Below, in pieces: positions 40,869 to 50,550 of a stretch of DNA of 64,000 nt (its first letter is position 1; each line of letters begins with the position of its first letter). Origin of the DNA: a virus; the IMG/VR virus record IMGVR_UViG_3300023174_004352, positions 4,888 through 68,887 of that record; one strand, 5' to 3'. The position numbers were made by a program, and so were the translations under genes. The notes under the pieces are model-generated. The model was given only the letters and a program-made list of their open reading frames with translations. It had not been told where the DNA came from and did not search any database.

Positions 40869-41450
40869 ATGATCGCAATAACTGGACATGCCAATGGCAT
40901 TGGTAAATCTCTCTTTGAAAAATATCCCGGATCTATAGGATTTGATCTATCTAACGGTTATAACATTGACACCGACATCGACCGAATAATTACGGAAAGT
41001 AACCATTGTAATGTGTTTATAAACAACGCCTACTATTATAATCGCCAAGCAGACTTATTAGAAGCATGGTATAAACAACACAAAAATCACAAGTTTATTA
41101 TTGTGAATATTAGCAGTATTGCTGCGGATCAAAATTTAGATATTGAAAAGACATTGCCCCATCTTAAAAAATATGCAATCCACAAAAAGAATATAAACAC
41201 ATTGTCCTTTGATATAAATCAATCAGACAGTATATGTAAGAGTGTAGTTATTATGCCCGGCATTGTTGATACTAATCTAGTAACTCCGTATGATGCAGAG
41301 GTTGGACAGACAGCCATAGATTATTTTACAAAAATAAAAGAAGCAGGGCATATTCTGGAAACTGCAGATGTAGTAAATGCTGTCGACATTGCCATACAAT
41401 CATTTAATGCTAGAAGTTTTATTTCATCAATCACTATATCAAATTTATGA
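40869..41450 (+). CDS. Short-chain dehydrogenase/reductase
   Basis: ITGHANGIG, INNA, NISS, YAIHK, PGIVDT. Confidence 0.88.
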   Translation: MIAITGHANGIGKSLFEKYPGSIGFDLSNGYNIDTDIDRIITESNHCNVFINNAYYYNRQADLLEAWYKQHKNHKFIIVNISSIAADQNLDIEKTLPHLKKYAIHKKNINTLSFDINQSDSICKSVVIMPGIVDTNLVTPYDAEVGQTAIDYFTKIKEAGHILETADVVNAVDIAIQSFNARSFISSITISNL

Positions 41451-41746
41451 TTGGCTGTGATATTACTTTAATAACAAGATTTGATCTAGACCTAGACCAA
41501 AAGGCAAAGAAAATTCTCACGCAACACGAGCAGGTAGAGTTTGAATCTAGTGCCAATAAAAGAAATTATCTTGCAGGACGATGGGCAGCTAAAGAAGCAA
41601 TTTTTAAAGCCACAGGACGTACAACCAACTTTAGTATCTTAAATGACCAAAGCGGCAAGCCCTATGTTTTAGAGGATCAAAAAATCAATGTAAGCATTAG
41701 TCACGACGGGGACTATGCTATGGCTGTTGCTTGTTTAGATAGTTGA
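41447..41746 (+). CDS. acpS: Holo-ACP synthase (4'-phosphopantetheinyl transferase)
   Basis: IGCDI, LAGRWAAKEAIFKA, GKP, VSISHD. Confidence 0.93.
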   Translation: MIGCDITLITRFDLDLDQKAKKILTQHEQVEFESSANKRNYLAGRWAAKEAIFKATGRTTNFSILNDQSGKPYVLEDQKINVSISHDGDYAMAVACLDS

Positions 41747-41954
41747 TAAGATCAGTAACTGTTAAAATTTTATTATCTTTAAAAATACTGTATTCTAAGG
41801 TGATAACAAATTCATCTTCGACATCTCGTAATACTTCAACTAAATCAAGACTGTCGATGTCAAGCTCTTCCCAAGTTTTATTTAAATCTTCGGCCGTAGA
41901 TTTTCTTAGAATAATATTATCGATAATACGCTGTACACGTTCAGTTACTGTCAT
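41718..41954 (-). CDS. acpP: Acyl carrier protein
   Basis: LDIDSLDLVE (phosphopantetheine Ser), 78 aa, acidic, TVTDLINYL. Confidence 0.88.
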   Translation of the reverse strand: MTVTERVQRIIDNIILRKSTAEDLNKTWEELDIDSLDLVEVLRDVEDEFVITLEYSIFKDNKILTVTDLINYLNKQQP

Positions 41955-42609
41955 AAATTACATAGTCCTTAAATTTACTGATGCTACGTTTAATTAGTTC
42001 TTGATGCTTTTCAATGTCCAACATCCCGGCTGTGTCTAAAATAATTCTAATTCTAGTTGGATCATAATCTGCGGCATGCATTACATCAGCATTGTTAAAA
42101 GCATAACAGGGATAACCGAATGGAATTTTAGGATAATATTTTTGCCCATTCTTTTCTAAGTACAACATACTATGACCTACATCAGTTAGACTCATAGTTA
42201 TTCTTTTTGGTTCTATAAGTCCGTCACCTTCAATTGTGTGCAAATCATCTTGATGCGGAAAACTAGGGCCGCGTTGAATTTTAACACTAGCTCCTGTTAG
42301 CTCCTTAAATGGTAGTGCTTTGATTGCCTCAACTAGTTGAGGAAAGAGTTGAGCAAACTCCGGATGGAAAAATGTATCGGCATTACCAACAACTTGATTT
42401 TTTAAATAGTCTTCAACTTTGTACAGTTCTTTAACATCTCGCCAATCGTCAGGTAGCATACAACACGCCACGGGACTGTGAGTAAACCATCCTAATTCGT
42501 ATTGCTTGTATTCTGTTTGTCGGAAAGTATTTGCTTCTGCCCAATCATAGATTTCTTGTTCGTCTGGTAAGTTGATAGGAATATCTAACGGAGTAAAAAG
42601 AATAGTCAT
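41941..42609 (-). CDS. 2OG-Fe(II) oxygenase (paralog of 36594)
   Basis: PHQD...YAFNNADVMHAA...R; TAAATA-N4-ATG at 42609. Confidence 0.75.
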   Translation of the reverse strand: MTILFTPLDIPINLPDEQEIYDWAEANTFRQTEYKQYELGWFTHSPVACCMLPDDWRDVKELYKVEDYLKNQVVGNADTFFHPEFAQLFPQLVEAIKALPFKELTGASVKIQRGPSFPHQDDLHTIEGDGLIEPKRITMSLTDVGHSMLYLEKNGQKYYPKIPFGYPCYAFNNADVMHAADYDPTRIRIILDTAGMLDIEKHQELIKRSISKFKDYVIYDSN

Positions 42610-42635
42610 GGTATATTTAACCACTAAATATTTGC

Positions 42636-43415
42636 ATGAAAAAATTTAGTCAAATATTGGCATTCGGTGCTAGTCATGTTGCTGGATATCAGTTATTGCC
42701 AGTTGATTATAAAAAATTACAATACGGTGCAGTGAGTCTTGATGAACTCGATGATCAAACTAAGCCTCTGGCATTCCCTCAACATTTGGCTAATCTATTG
42801 AATATCCCCTGCATCAATTATGCTCGCACAGGAGCGTCTGACGATCGTAGTTTAAGATTACTACCAGAGGCTCTAATACAGTATCCAAATAGTCTTGTTA
42901 TATTTGCATGGAATACTATACATAGAGCAGAATTTTTTTATCCGGACAATGGAAAGTTTTCATCACGAGATAAACAGGGATATTTACAAGTAGGCCTTCA
43001 ATGGGACGAACGTGATTCTTGGTGGTCAAGATTAGGAAGTTATCTAGAAAAAACCAATAATCCTTTAAACAAAATATTTCTTAAAAAATTCTTTAGGCCG
43101 ACAGACGGTATCAATAATTATAAACTGTTTAACAACATGTTATATTTTGAAACCATGTGTAAACAATATGCAGCCAATTACAGACATTTTTTCATATCTA
43201 ATGACATTGCTGTAGATGCTCATTTGCAAACAATATTATGGGATTCGTTAGATAAAAGCAAATTGATTAAATTTGGAGTTGATTCAAACTTAGGATACGG
43301 ATCCTATGTGTCGTATCACGATCAAAAAAAATCTATAAAATTAGATCAAGGGCACTACGATCTAGAAGCACACAAACATACGGCAAGATACATTTATGAA
43401 ACTTTGGGTATTTGA
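42636..43415 (+). CDS. SGNH-like protein
   Basis: AFGASHVAG, NYARTGAS, GHYD.EAH. Confidence 0.62.
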   Translation: MKKFSQILAFGASHVAGYQLLPVDYKKLQYGAVSLDELDDQTKPLAFPQHLANLLNIPCINYARTGASDDRSLRLLPEALIQYPNSLVIFAWNTIHRAEFFYPDNGKFSSRDKQGYLQVGLQWDERDSWWSRLGSYLEKTNNPLNKIFLKKFFRPTDGINNYKLFNNMLYFETMCKQYAANYRHFFISNDIAVDAHLQTILWDSLDKSKLIKFGVDSNLGYGSYVSYHDQKKSIKLDQGHYDLEAHKHTARYIYETLGI

Positions 43416-43941
43416 AGGTCTCAATAACGACCGTCCAGATATAAAATATTTTTTAGAAAAATACATGGAGATTACTCCTGACGTATTATTCTGGGATAAA
43501 ACACCTACATGGTATTGTGCAGATCATTGGGTCAGTGAAGTAGAGGCTGCTATCGCTGCCCACGGAACCCCAGATCTAATGTTAGGGGCCAGCATGGGCG
43601 GGTTTGGAGCATTGTTATTCCAACCTATTATTCAAGCAAAGAAATGTATTATATTTGGGCCGCAAGCCGATGCAAGATATGAGGTACTAACAACATTGCC
43701 GGATGATAATTTCTATTGGGGAGAACGTATGAAAGTTCACTACGGAAAAGTTATACCTGAATACAGCTATGGCGATATTGACATATATTTTGGTCACGGT
43801 GATTGTGATAAGTATCATAGACAGCTATGCATTGACAAAGGATATAGTATCATCGATATCGATACTTCTATACACTGTGCTTTTACGCACCTGTTTGAGA
43901 CAGATAAATTGTCAAATATTATTAGAGAAAACTTATGTTAG
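43396..43941 (+). CDS. Alpha/beta hydrolase-fold protein
   Basis: LGASMGGFGAL nucleophile elbow; later Asp and His. Confidence 0.7.
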   Translation: MKLWVFEGLNNDRPDIKYFLEKYMEITPDVLFWDKTPTWYCADHWVSEVEAAIAAHGTPDLMLGASMGGFGALLFQPIIQAKKCIIFGPQADARYEVLTTLPDDNFYWGERMKVHYGKVIPEYSYGDIDIYFGHGDCDKYHRQLCIDKGYSIIDIDTSIHCAFTHLFETDKLSNIIRENLC

Positions 43942-44567
43942 TAGAAAAATTAAATTTTACAGTAAACGTTGATGAGATACGTGCATACTTCAAGACGCTT
44001 CGAGACGATCACAATGAACGATTTTGGGCTGCAAGAGAAAACCTAGAACAAATTGCGGATGGTGCGAGAGATAGTTTTAAAGATCACAACGAAGGCAAAG
44101 AAATTGATGTTGCTGGCTGGGCAATTCAACGTTGGGAAAATGAAGCAAAAGTTATGGCACCACATCCTAACATTCTAAAAGGATTTAACACCAACGTCTA
44201 CGAACAAAAGATAGAAGATGTGCAAGGACAAACTCCTATGCTATTTGGAATAGCACAAAGAGTCCTTGATCTATTTCCAGAGGCTAGTAGAATGGCGCTG
44301 AGTGTGATTACTCCGGGTACTGTATTAAAGCGTCACAATGATGAAAACTTTTTATGGCGTGTACACCTGCCAATATATTCAGAGCCAGGTAGTGTATGGA
44401 TAACTGAAGAAGGTGAAACTCACATGGAAGTTGGTAGTGCTTATCTATGTGATACTAGGGAGTTTCATAGTGTTAGAAACGATAGCGGGGCTGTGCGTGT
44501 GCATCTATTGTTTGCATTACCGGAAAGCAGTTTAGAAAAACTTAAATCAATTACAGGACAGTTTTAA
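43935..44567 (+). CDS. AspH-like 2OG-Fe(II) oxygenase
   Basis: RHND..WRVHLPI...DTREFHSVRN...RVHLL. Confidence 0.85.
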   Translation: MLVEKLNFTVNVDEIRAYFKTLRDDHNERFWAARENLEQIADGARDSFKDHNEGKEIDVAGWAIQRWENEAKVMAPHPNILKGFNTNVYEQKIEDVQGQTPMLFGIAQRVLDLFPEASRMALSVITPGTVLKRHNDENFLWRVHLPIYSEPGSVWITEEGETHMEVGSAYLCDTREFHSVRNDSGAVRVHLLFALPESSLEKLKSITGQF

Positions 44568-45225
44568 CATGCTTGAAGCATGTAAATTTAGATAGGTCCA
44601 TATACTTTTCCCAACTCCACGGGGTCCACGGATCATTCTTTAACTGATCAAACAGTAATATTCCTCTGCATACATCTCTGGCATGCATATAATAATGATA
44701 GCCCATAGTGTCAATATCTTCACTATGATTTCCTTTGGTAAAATCTTTACCGTCGAATCTCATTTTACTCCACTTGTGGTGTAAGTCTTTGTCATCTAAT
44801 AGGATCATCCCACCACGACCAACTGGAATGCTTTTTTTGTGGTGGAAGCTCAGACACATAAATTGCCCAGATTTGTAAGTATCACGCTCCCAATGTACTG
44901 CACAATCCCAGATCGGGTATGGATCCATTTTGTACATACCTGCCCATTTGATATCTTTGAATTGATAGGGAACTCCGACCTTCTCCATGGTCATTGGAAC
45001 ACTCCAATAATTCCAACTAGGAAGAGTAATAACATCTTCTTTATTTGCCAGTTCTCGCAAACACAACTCTAATGCGTGAGTGCAACTGTCTGTGCTAACG
45101 GCATAAGGTGCTCCAAAAAATTCAGCAACTGCCTTTTCAAAATGGAATGTCATAGCATCATGTTGCCACCATTCATATCCATATTTTTCTTTTATTAAAT
45201 CAAATTCGAGTGTACGTAGGTCCAT
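44551..45225 (-). CDS. DegT/DnrJ/StrS-family PLP aminotransferase (short form)
   Basis: FEKAVAEFFGAPYAVSTDSCTHALEL, WDCA, SFHHKKSIPVGRGGMI. Confidence 0.88.
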   Translation of the reverse strand: MDLRTLEFDLIKEKYGYEWWQHDAMTFHFEKAVAEFFGAPYAVSTDSCTHALELCLRELANKEDVITLPSWNYWSVPMTMEKVGVPYQFKDIKWAGMYKMDPYPIWDCAVHWERDTYKSGQFMCLSFHHKKSIPVGRGGMILLDDKDLHHKWSKMRFDGKDFTKGNHSEDIDTMGYHYYMHARDVCRGILLFDQLKNDPWTPWSWEKYMDLSKFTCFKHVKTVL

Positions 45226-45264
45226 GAAAATATTTAGTGATTGTAATCTAGCGTAAATAGATTC

Positions 45265-45897
45265 ATGAAAGCACTATTAGAACAGCTCAACTTTACTATT
45301 GATAAAAAACAGCTAAAACAATACTATGATCGAGTGGTCGGTGAATTCCAAGATCATAAATGGACCTATCAACAAAATCAAGATCAAGTTAAAGATGTGT
45401 TTTTAAAAGAATACGTTGGTAAATCTAAAAATAAGACAGCCGGGTACGGATGGGCAATTACTACAAATAATCTAGATCTCAATTCAAAGACAAATATCCC
45501 ATGGCAAAATATTCATAAAGATTTTCAGCACGATATCAAAGAACTTTCTCCAGAAAGAGATACACCGTTGGTGTTTGGAATAATTGAAACTATCAAACAA
45601 AAAATTCCCTATGCTAAATTGATAAGTTTATCAGTGTTTCCTCCTAGCACCGAATTAGTCCCGCACAAAGACGAACCATTTTTACTAAGAGTACACATTC
45701 CTATATGTTGTGACAAAAAGTCTTTCTGGTTAAACGAGGACGGATATCAGTCTTTGGATGTAGGCCAAGCCTATCTATGTGATACTCGTCAGCCACATTC
45801 TGTATACAATGACGGCAACACAGATCGAGTCCATCTATTATTTGCTATACATCAAGATCACGAAGAAGATATTAAATCTATCACAGGTACATTATGA
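45265..45897 (+). CDS. AspH-like 2OG-Fe(II) oxygenase
   Basis: PHKD..LRVHIPI...DTRQPHSVYN...RVHLL. Confidence 0.85.
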   Translation: MKALLEQLNFTIDKKQLKQYYDRVVGEFQDHKWTYQQNQDQVKDVFLKEYVGKSKNKTAGYGWAITTNNLDLNSKTNIPWQNIHKDFQHDIKELSPERDTPLVFGIIETIKQKIPYAKLISLSVFPPSTELVPHKDEPFLLRVHIPICCDKKSFWLNEDGYQSLDVGQAYLCDTRQPHSVYNDGNTDRVHLLFAIHQDHEEDIKSITGTL

Positions 45898-46505
45898 ACA
45901 ACAAAGTAGAAAAATTAAATTTTAAAGTTGACCTATCTAAACTTAGAGAATTCTACGACAGCATTTCTAACAGTCAACTGAAATGGTCTTTTTCTCAACA
46001 ACGTGAACAATTGCATCCTATAACTGTAGAGAAGTATAACGGTTACGATTATTCAGGATTGCCCTACGGGTGGGCATTGACTAGTCCGTACGACGATGAT
46101 CAGCCTGCGGCACCATGGGCCATTACTAATTTTGCTCCGGGATCAAGTAAACGCCCAACGGCACTCATCCAAGGAATAGCAAAAAGTATTTTTGATTTGC
46201 TACCTACAGATGCATTTGAATTTAGTGTAACAGTACATCCGCCTGGAGCAGAAATTGTTAAACACAGTGACGGGGATAACACTCTGCGAGTTCATATTCC
46301 TATCCAAGGCACTACACATTTTATAATTGATGATAACGGCGAAGAAACGTACAAGTTAGAATGTGATGGTAGTGCGTATTTGATAGACACACGTTTTCAA
46401 CATAGGACCGTAAATCCCTTAGACACTGATCGTGTTAGTTTATTGTTTGGGATCCCACCTAGCAGTGAAGAAGCAATTAAACAGATTACTGGATACTTAG
46501 TGTAA
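45894..46505 (+). CDS. AspH-like 2OG-Fe(II) oxygenase
   Basis: KHSD..LRVHIPI...DTRFQHRTVN...RVSLL. Confidence 0.85.
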   Translation: MNNKVEKLNFKVDLSKLREFYDSISNSQLKWSFSQQREQLHPITVEKYNGYDYSGLPYGWALTSPYDDDQPAAPWAITNFAPGSSKRPTALIQGIAKSIFDLLPTDAFEFSVTVHPPGAEIVKHSDGDNTLRVHIPIQGTTHFIIDDNGEETYKLECDGSAYLIDTRFQHRTVNPLDTDRVSLLFGIPPSSEEAIKQITGYLV

Positions 46506-47058
46506 TCGCTATTCTAGGAACATCATGATCAATATGTTCTACACTGTGTATTTTTTGAACATCTAACTTATGCCATTTGTTTTTTAGTATACGGTGTTCT
46601 TCTATCAGTGTTAGCCGTTCGTAAGGAATATATGTTTCGGAATAAGATTTGTGAGATTTAAATTCTTCAGTAGGTTCATAAAAACAGGTTATTGTTTCTG
46701 GGGAAGCAGAAATAATATAATTATATGCAATTTTGCGGTAACCATCCACGTGCGGTAATATCTGCGTACCGCCGGTCATTATCTGAATACTGACTATATC
46801 ATATTTTTCTGATATATTTTTAGATACCCAATTTTTTAACTCCAATGGTACATCTAATAAAAATATAAATTCTGCTGGATTGTATTTCTCTCGGTCTATC
46901 CCAAACAATGAGCATCCTATAGAATCATCCCAATTTATATTCGATTCGTCTATAGGATAGTCGTCGTAGGTATGAGATGTATCTATGTTGTTTATATAAT
47001 CTAAAACTAATAGTTCTAAATCTTTTGGAATTTGCGGCCAGTCTAAATAATCAACCAT
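46486..47058 (-). CDS. 2OG-Fe(II) oxygenase
   Basis: PHVD...NYII...WHKLDVQKIHSVE...RIAITL. Confidence 0.78.
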   Translation of the reverse strand: MVDYLDWPQIPKDLELLVLDYINNIDTSHTYDDYPIDESNINWDDSIGCSLFGIDREKYNPAEFIFLLDVPLELKNWVSKNISEKYDIVSIQIMTGGTQILPHVDGYRKIAYNYIISASPETITCFYEPTEEFKSHKSYSETYIPYERLTLIEEHRILKNKWHKLDVQKIHSVEHIDHDVPRIAITLSIQ

Positions 47059-47858
47059 TAGTATGTGTCCAGATGATCGATGCCTAGTTGTTTGCGGAAC
47101 GCTTCTGTAAACTTGCCGTCGATACGTAGGCTGTAACTCTGTTCCATAATCTTTTCACCGCCGTGCCAATCAACATCATTCCACCATGCAGCTCTAGTAT
47201 TTAAGTATATCTTATTCTTAGATTCAGGATCCCATAAGTAAAAGGCTTTTTTAGTATTAGGACGAACATGTATAAACTCGTTGCGATGAGGGTTGACAAC
47301 GTCAACACCATTCTTGGCATCCAAGTCTCTGTGTTCAAATGGAATACCATCTGCTTCGCAATGAAAAAATATAACACGACCGATGTGTTCAAATACTGTG
47401 CCTTGTAGTTGCTCTACCCATTTAACTACATTAGGAAAGTATGCGGCTTCTTCGGTAAGTTTACGAGGAGCAGTACGATCGTCCCACGAACCTTCTTCCC
47501 ATAAGAAATAGTATATGTAGGGATCATAAGCACCCATTGCCATTTTAAGATAGCGTGTAAATTTGTTACGTTGTTTATAGTTATTAAAATCTTTAAATAA
47601 ATCTATGCCACCCTGGTAGATAGGATCATCCTCAGGCAACGCCATAAATTCGTCCATGGCTTGATAGATAGGTTTCCAACTAAGTTTATAACTCATATTA
47701 TCAAATGAGAAACCAGGCTTCATCCATGTACCCTCTTTGGCAAATTCTCGTGCGTCAGCAAAGCCTCGAATTATCTCTGGTTGTAGTCTATCAAATTCTG
47801 CCATATCAAGATATTCTGACATGTCATAATAGGGCTGATTGTTTATACCTTGTATCAT
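47058..47858 (-). CDS. 2OG-Fe(II)/cupin oxygenase-like protein
   Basis: EHRD...WWNDVDWHGG...SLRIDG. Confidence 0.7.
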   Translation of the reverse strand: MIQGINNQPYYDMSEYLDMAEFDRLQPEIIRGFADAREFAKEGTWMKPGFSFDNMSYKLSWKPIYQAMDEFMALPEDDPIYQGGIDLFKDFNNYKQRNKFTRYLKMAMGAYDPYIYYFLWEEGSWDDRTAPRKLTEEAAYFPNVVKWVEQLQGTVFEHIGRVIFFHCEADGIPFEHRDLDAKNGVDVVNPHRNEFIHVRPNTKKAFYLWDPESKNKIYLNTRAAWWNDVDWHGGEKIMEQSYSLRIDGKFTEAFRKQLGIDHLDTY

Positions 47859-48541
47859 ATAGTCTTTGCTCGTTCAATAAAATCTTGTGGATAATTGTTG
47901 CTAAAACTAGCCCAACACAATTGATTTAAAGTTTCAAATGATTGAGGTTCGTCCCATTTAATTCCTAGCCCTTCAATGTGTCTACGCATTTCTTCCTGGC
48001 GAGCACTGTATATATGACTTTCAACATCTTGTATGCTAATTAGTTTTTCTCTATCGTTATACGTGAAAAAATAATTGATACTTTTAAGTTTACCGTTTAC
48101 TACAAAATAGCTGCTAGGATGCATACTGTATTTCCAAAGCCCTAGACTTTTATGAGCTTTAAAAATCTCTAACATTTGTTCTTGCCAGTCCGGTAATACT
48201 CGATCATAGTTAGCCATGTCGCAACCGGCCTGTTCCCAAAAGTCCGGCCCGTCTATTTCTAGATATAATTTTTGTGCCTTTAAGTCTATGTTTATTATTT
48301 TTGGAACTAATTCAGGAAATGCGTTTCTCATTTGGGTAAGATAGTTTACTTCACGTAACCATTTTTCTTCCATCTTGTTAGGATCGACTACTTGATTCTG
48401 ACCTTTGTGATATTCACTATCATTATGGTACCATTGTACAAATATTGTCTTATCTGAATTTATAAGACTTGTGTAGATTAAATTGTTTCTACAAGGACCG
48501 TGGCCCGGAACATTGTTATAGTAGTAGTCAAACTTTTCCAC
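47855..48541 (-). CDS. Protein-kinase-like fold protein (degenerate)
   Basis: WLREVNYL..M..FPELVPKIINID...LYLE; KYSMHPSSY and INYF where HxD..N and DFG are expected. Confidence 0.6.
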   Translation of the reverse strand: MEKFDYYYNNVPGHGPCRNNLIYTSLINSDKTIFVQWYHNDSEYHKGQNQVVDPNKMEEKWLREVNYLTQMRNAFPELVPKIINIDLKAQKLYLEIDGPDFWEQAGCDMANYDRVLPDWQEQMLEIFKAHKSLGLWKYSMHPSSYFVVNGKLKSINYFFTYNDREKLISIQDVESHIYSARQEEMRRHIEGLGIKWDEPQSFETLNQLCWASFSNNYPQDFIERAKTI

Positions 48542-49151
48542 TTAAAACCTCCAACTTAGGCCAGTCTTCGTGTTTAATAACAAAAATTAAACTAAAACGT
48601 TCAGGGCCGTTGTTCCATGTTTCATGCTGACGCTGGGTGTTCAATGTGTATAGATGTCCGTCAACTGGAACATTAAATTCTAAAAACTCTTCGTCAGTTT
48701 TATAAAACTTAAAAACGCACTCTGGATTGTTTCTAATCATGATATGTGTTACATATTCACCTTGGTCATCATGTTTAAAAGTTCGCCCACCGGTAGGTTG
48801 TGCTAATATTGCCCACTTGTAGGCAAATGGTATTTTAGCCTTTAATCGTTCTATTATTCCAAATGACAATGCTGTTGGTCTGTTGTAATCTAATTTTGGA
48901 AGATTACTTATGCTTTCATTTAATGGTGGACATACTGCATCTAGATCTACTAGGTTACTATCAATTGCCCATCCACCATAACTATCTTGATTAGGTTTTT
49001 CTGTAAATGTTTTCCACTTCTTTTCAGTAATTTGATCTTTGAATTTGTGAACAGACCATTTTTTATCTGCGTAGGCTGTTTCTACAATATTAAAATATTC
49101 TGCTAATTCTTGTAGATCAACATGTAGATCTAACTTTTTATAATAATCCAT
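48528..49151 (-). CDS. AspH-like 2OG-Fe(II) oxygenase
   Basis: KHDD...H...LNTQRQHETWN...RFSLI. Confidence 0.8.
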   Translation of the reverse strand: MDYYKKLDLHVDLQELAEYFNIVETAYADKKWSVHKFKDQITEKKWKTFTEKPNQDSYGGWAIDSNLVDLDAVCPPLNESISNLPKLDYNRPTALSFGIIERLKAKIPFAYKWAILAQPTGGRTFKHDDQGEYVTHIMIRNNPECVFKFYKTDEEFLEFNVPVDGHLYTLNTQRQHETWNNGPERFSLIFVIKHEDWPKLEVLSGKV

Positions 49152-49968
49152 TTTTTATCTTTTCAGCAATCGCATTGGCAAATTTTTCATGTACTGGTTC
49201 TGATAAATGTAAGCCTGGATGTAAGTAATCAGCATCAACATCGTGATAGTGACTCATGGACATGGTCTTATCGAAATTGCGCCAGCCGAGTTCGTCAACC
49301 AGTTGGTGTTGTATTGGATATTGAATTTTTTCTAATAGGTCTTTGATATGCAATTCGTAAGTCGATTCTACAAATACAGGCGGCTTTCCCGTAATAGATT
49401 CCACGGTATGTTTTATCATAACCCAATGTGTTAAATATCTTAGGATCATATCTTGTTCAGTTTCTATATTACACCAAGCATTGAAGAAATCTTTACGTTT
49501 AGTTTCGTTATTTGGACTGCTGTTTATGTTTAGGCATAAATCAGGATCAGTAAGATCAAATGTCCCAGTCCGTACCCAATCAGTTAGTTGTAACATAACA
49601 ACATCTGGAATACGGCCTTCACTTCGCAATCTCAACAAGTCTGTTTGTACTGTAAGGGCCACTCGAACTGTACTAGATCCAGCAAGGGCGTTTACTTCCA
49701 TATCACACCCAATTAAATTCTTTAATTTGGTAGGCCATGCAAGTTCTTGATCTTTGGCTTTTAGTGCATCCGATCCAAATGAATTTTTTTCAGTTTTGAA
49801 TATCTCGCTTTCTAACCATCCAGCGGCCTTTTGAAAAATAGTTTCTAAATTTAAAAAATTAGATCGGTTGATTAGCCCAGGAGGAATGTGTCCTGGATAC
49901 GATGGAAGGATTGGGTGGCTGAGTTCAAAACCAGCTGCGTTACTATCGCCATTTACATATATAAACAT
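49138..49968 (-). CDS. SGNH-like protein
   Basis: YVNGDSNAAG.E, NALAGSS, GLHLSEPVH; TAAATA-N5-ATG at 49968. Confidence 0.68.
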   Translation of the reverse strand: MFIYVNGDSNAAGFELSHPILPSYPGHIPPGLINRSNFLNLETIFQKAAGWLESEIFKTEKNSFGSDALKAKDQELAWPTKLKNLIGCDMEVNALAGSSTVRVALTVQTDLLRLRSEGRIPDVVMLQLTDWVRTGTFDLTDPDLCLNINSSPNNETKRKDFFNAWCNIETEQDMILRYLTHWVMIKHTVESITGKPPVFVESTYELHIKDLLEKIQYPIQHQLVDELGWRNFDKTMSMSHYHDVDADYLHPGLHLSEPVHEKFANAIAEKIKNGLL

Positions 49969-49992
49969 ACAGATATTTATGAACAACTCCCT

Positions 49993-50550
49993 TTGAAAAA
50001 ATATAAACTGGTCAAATGGTCTCAGGATCTAGATTTAGAGGCTTTCTACAACAATGCTAAATTACGTGGATTTGAAAACAACTCAAATCAGCAGTCTCTT
50101 GTAGATTGTTTTTTAAAAGAAGCACATGCTCAAGTTTGGATATTGTATGATAACGATAGGGCAATTGGAAGTGTTGCGGCCCACAGTCTAGATATTCTTC
50201 CAAATGCATATAGAATATGTGCAAGGACCTGCGTACTTACAGATCAAACGCACTTGTCCCATCTTCGAAGTTTAAATAAAACTATCAAGCAACATCAAAA
50301 TATTACAGCACAATATTTTATTCCTGCTTGCATAGAATGGGCAGGTAGAGATAAACAACTATATATTTCTACAAATGAATCATCAGTGGGATCTCAACGT
50401 GCTGTGCATACGGTCTATTGTCCTGCTCTAGAATCAACTGGTGTACTATCAAAGGATTATGTGTTACAATATAGAGGACACGAACAAACCTTCTGGCGAT
50501 TAAATGTAGAAGAGTTTTATAAACAATTAGAGCAATTTGGCAAATGGTAA
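49993..50550 (+). CDS. GNAT-like acyltransferase
   Basis: VWILYDNDRAIGSVAAH...YRICARTC pattern; start uncertain (TTG at 49993 chosen to avoid the divergent gene). Confidence 0.55.
   Translation: MKKYKLVKWSQDLDLEAFYNNAKLRGFENNSNQQSLVDCFLKEAHAQVWILYDNDRAIGSVAAHSLDILPNAYRICARTCVLTDQTHLSHLRSLNKTIKQHQNITAQYFIPACIEWAGRDKQLYISTNESSVGSQRAVHTVYCPALESTGVLSKDYVLQYRGHEQTFWRLNVEEFYKQLEQFGKW

Noticed and set aside
36594-50550. Extended N-termini in the ORF track causing head-to-head overlaps (37328/37280, 49986/49888, 42624)
   Set aside because: Internal starts just after TAAATA boxes, matching paralog N-termini where paralogs exist, remove the overlaps; the 49993 GNAT start is chosen only to avoid the overlap
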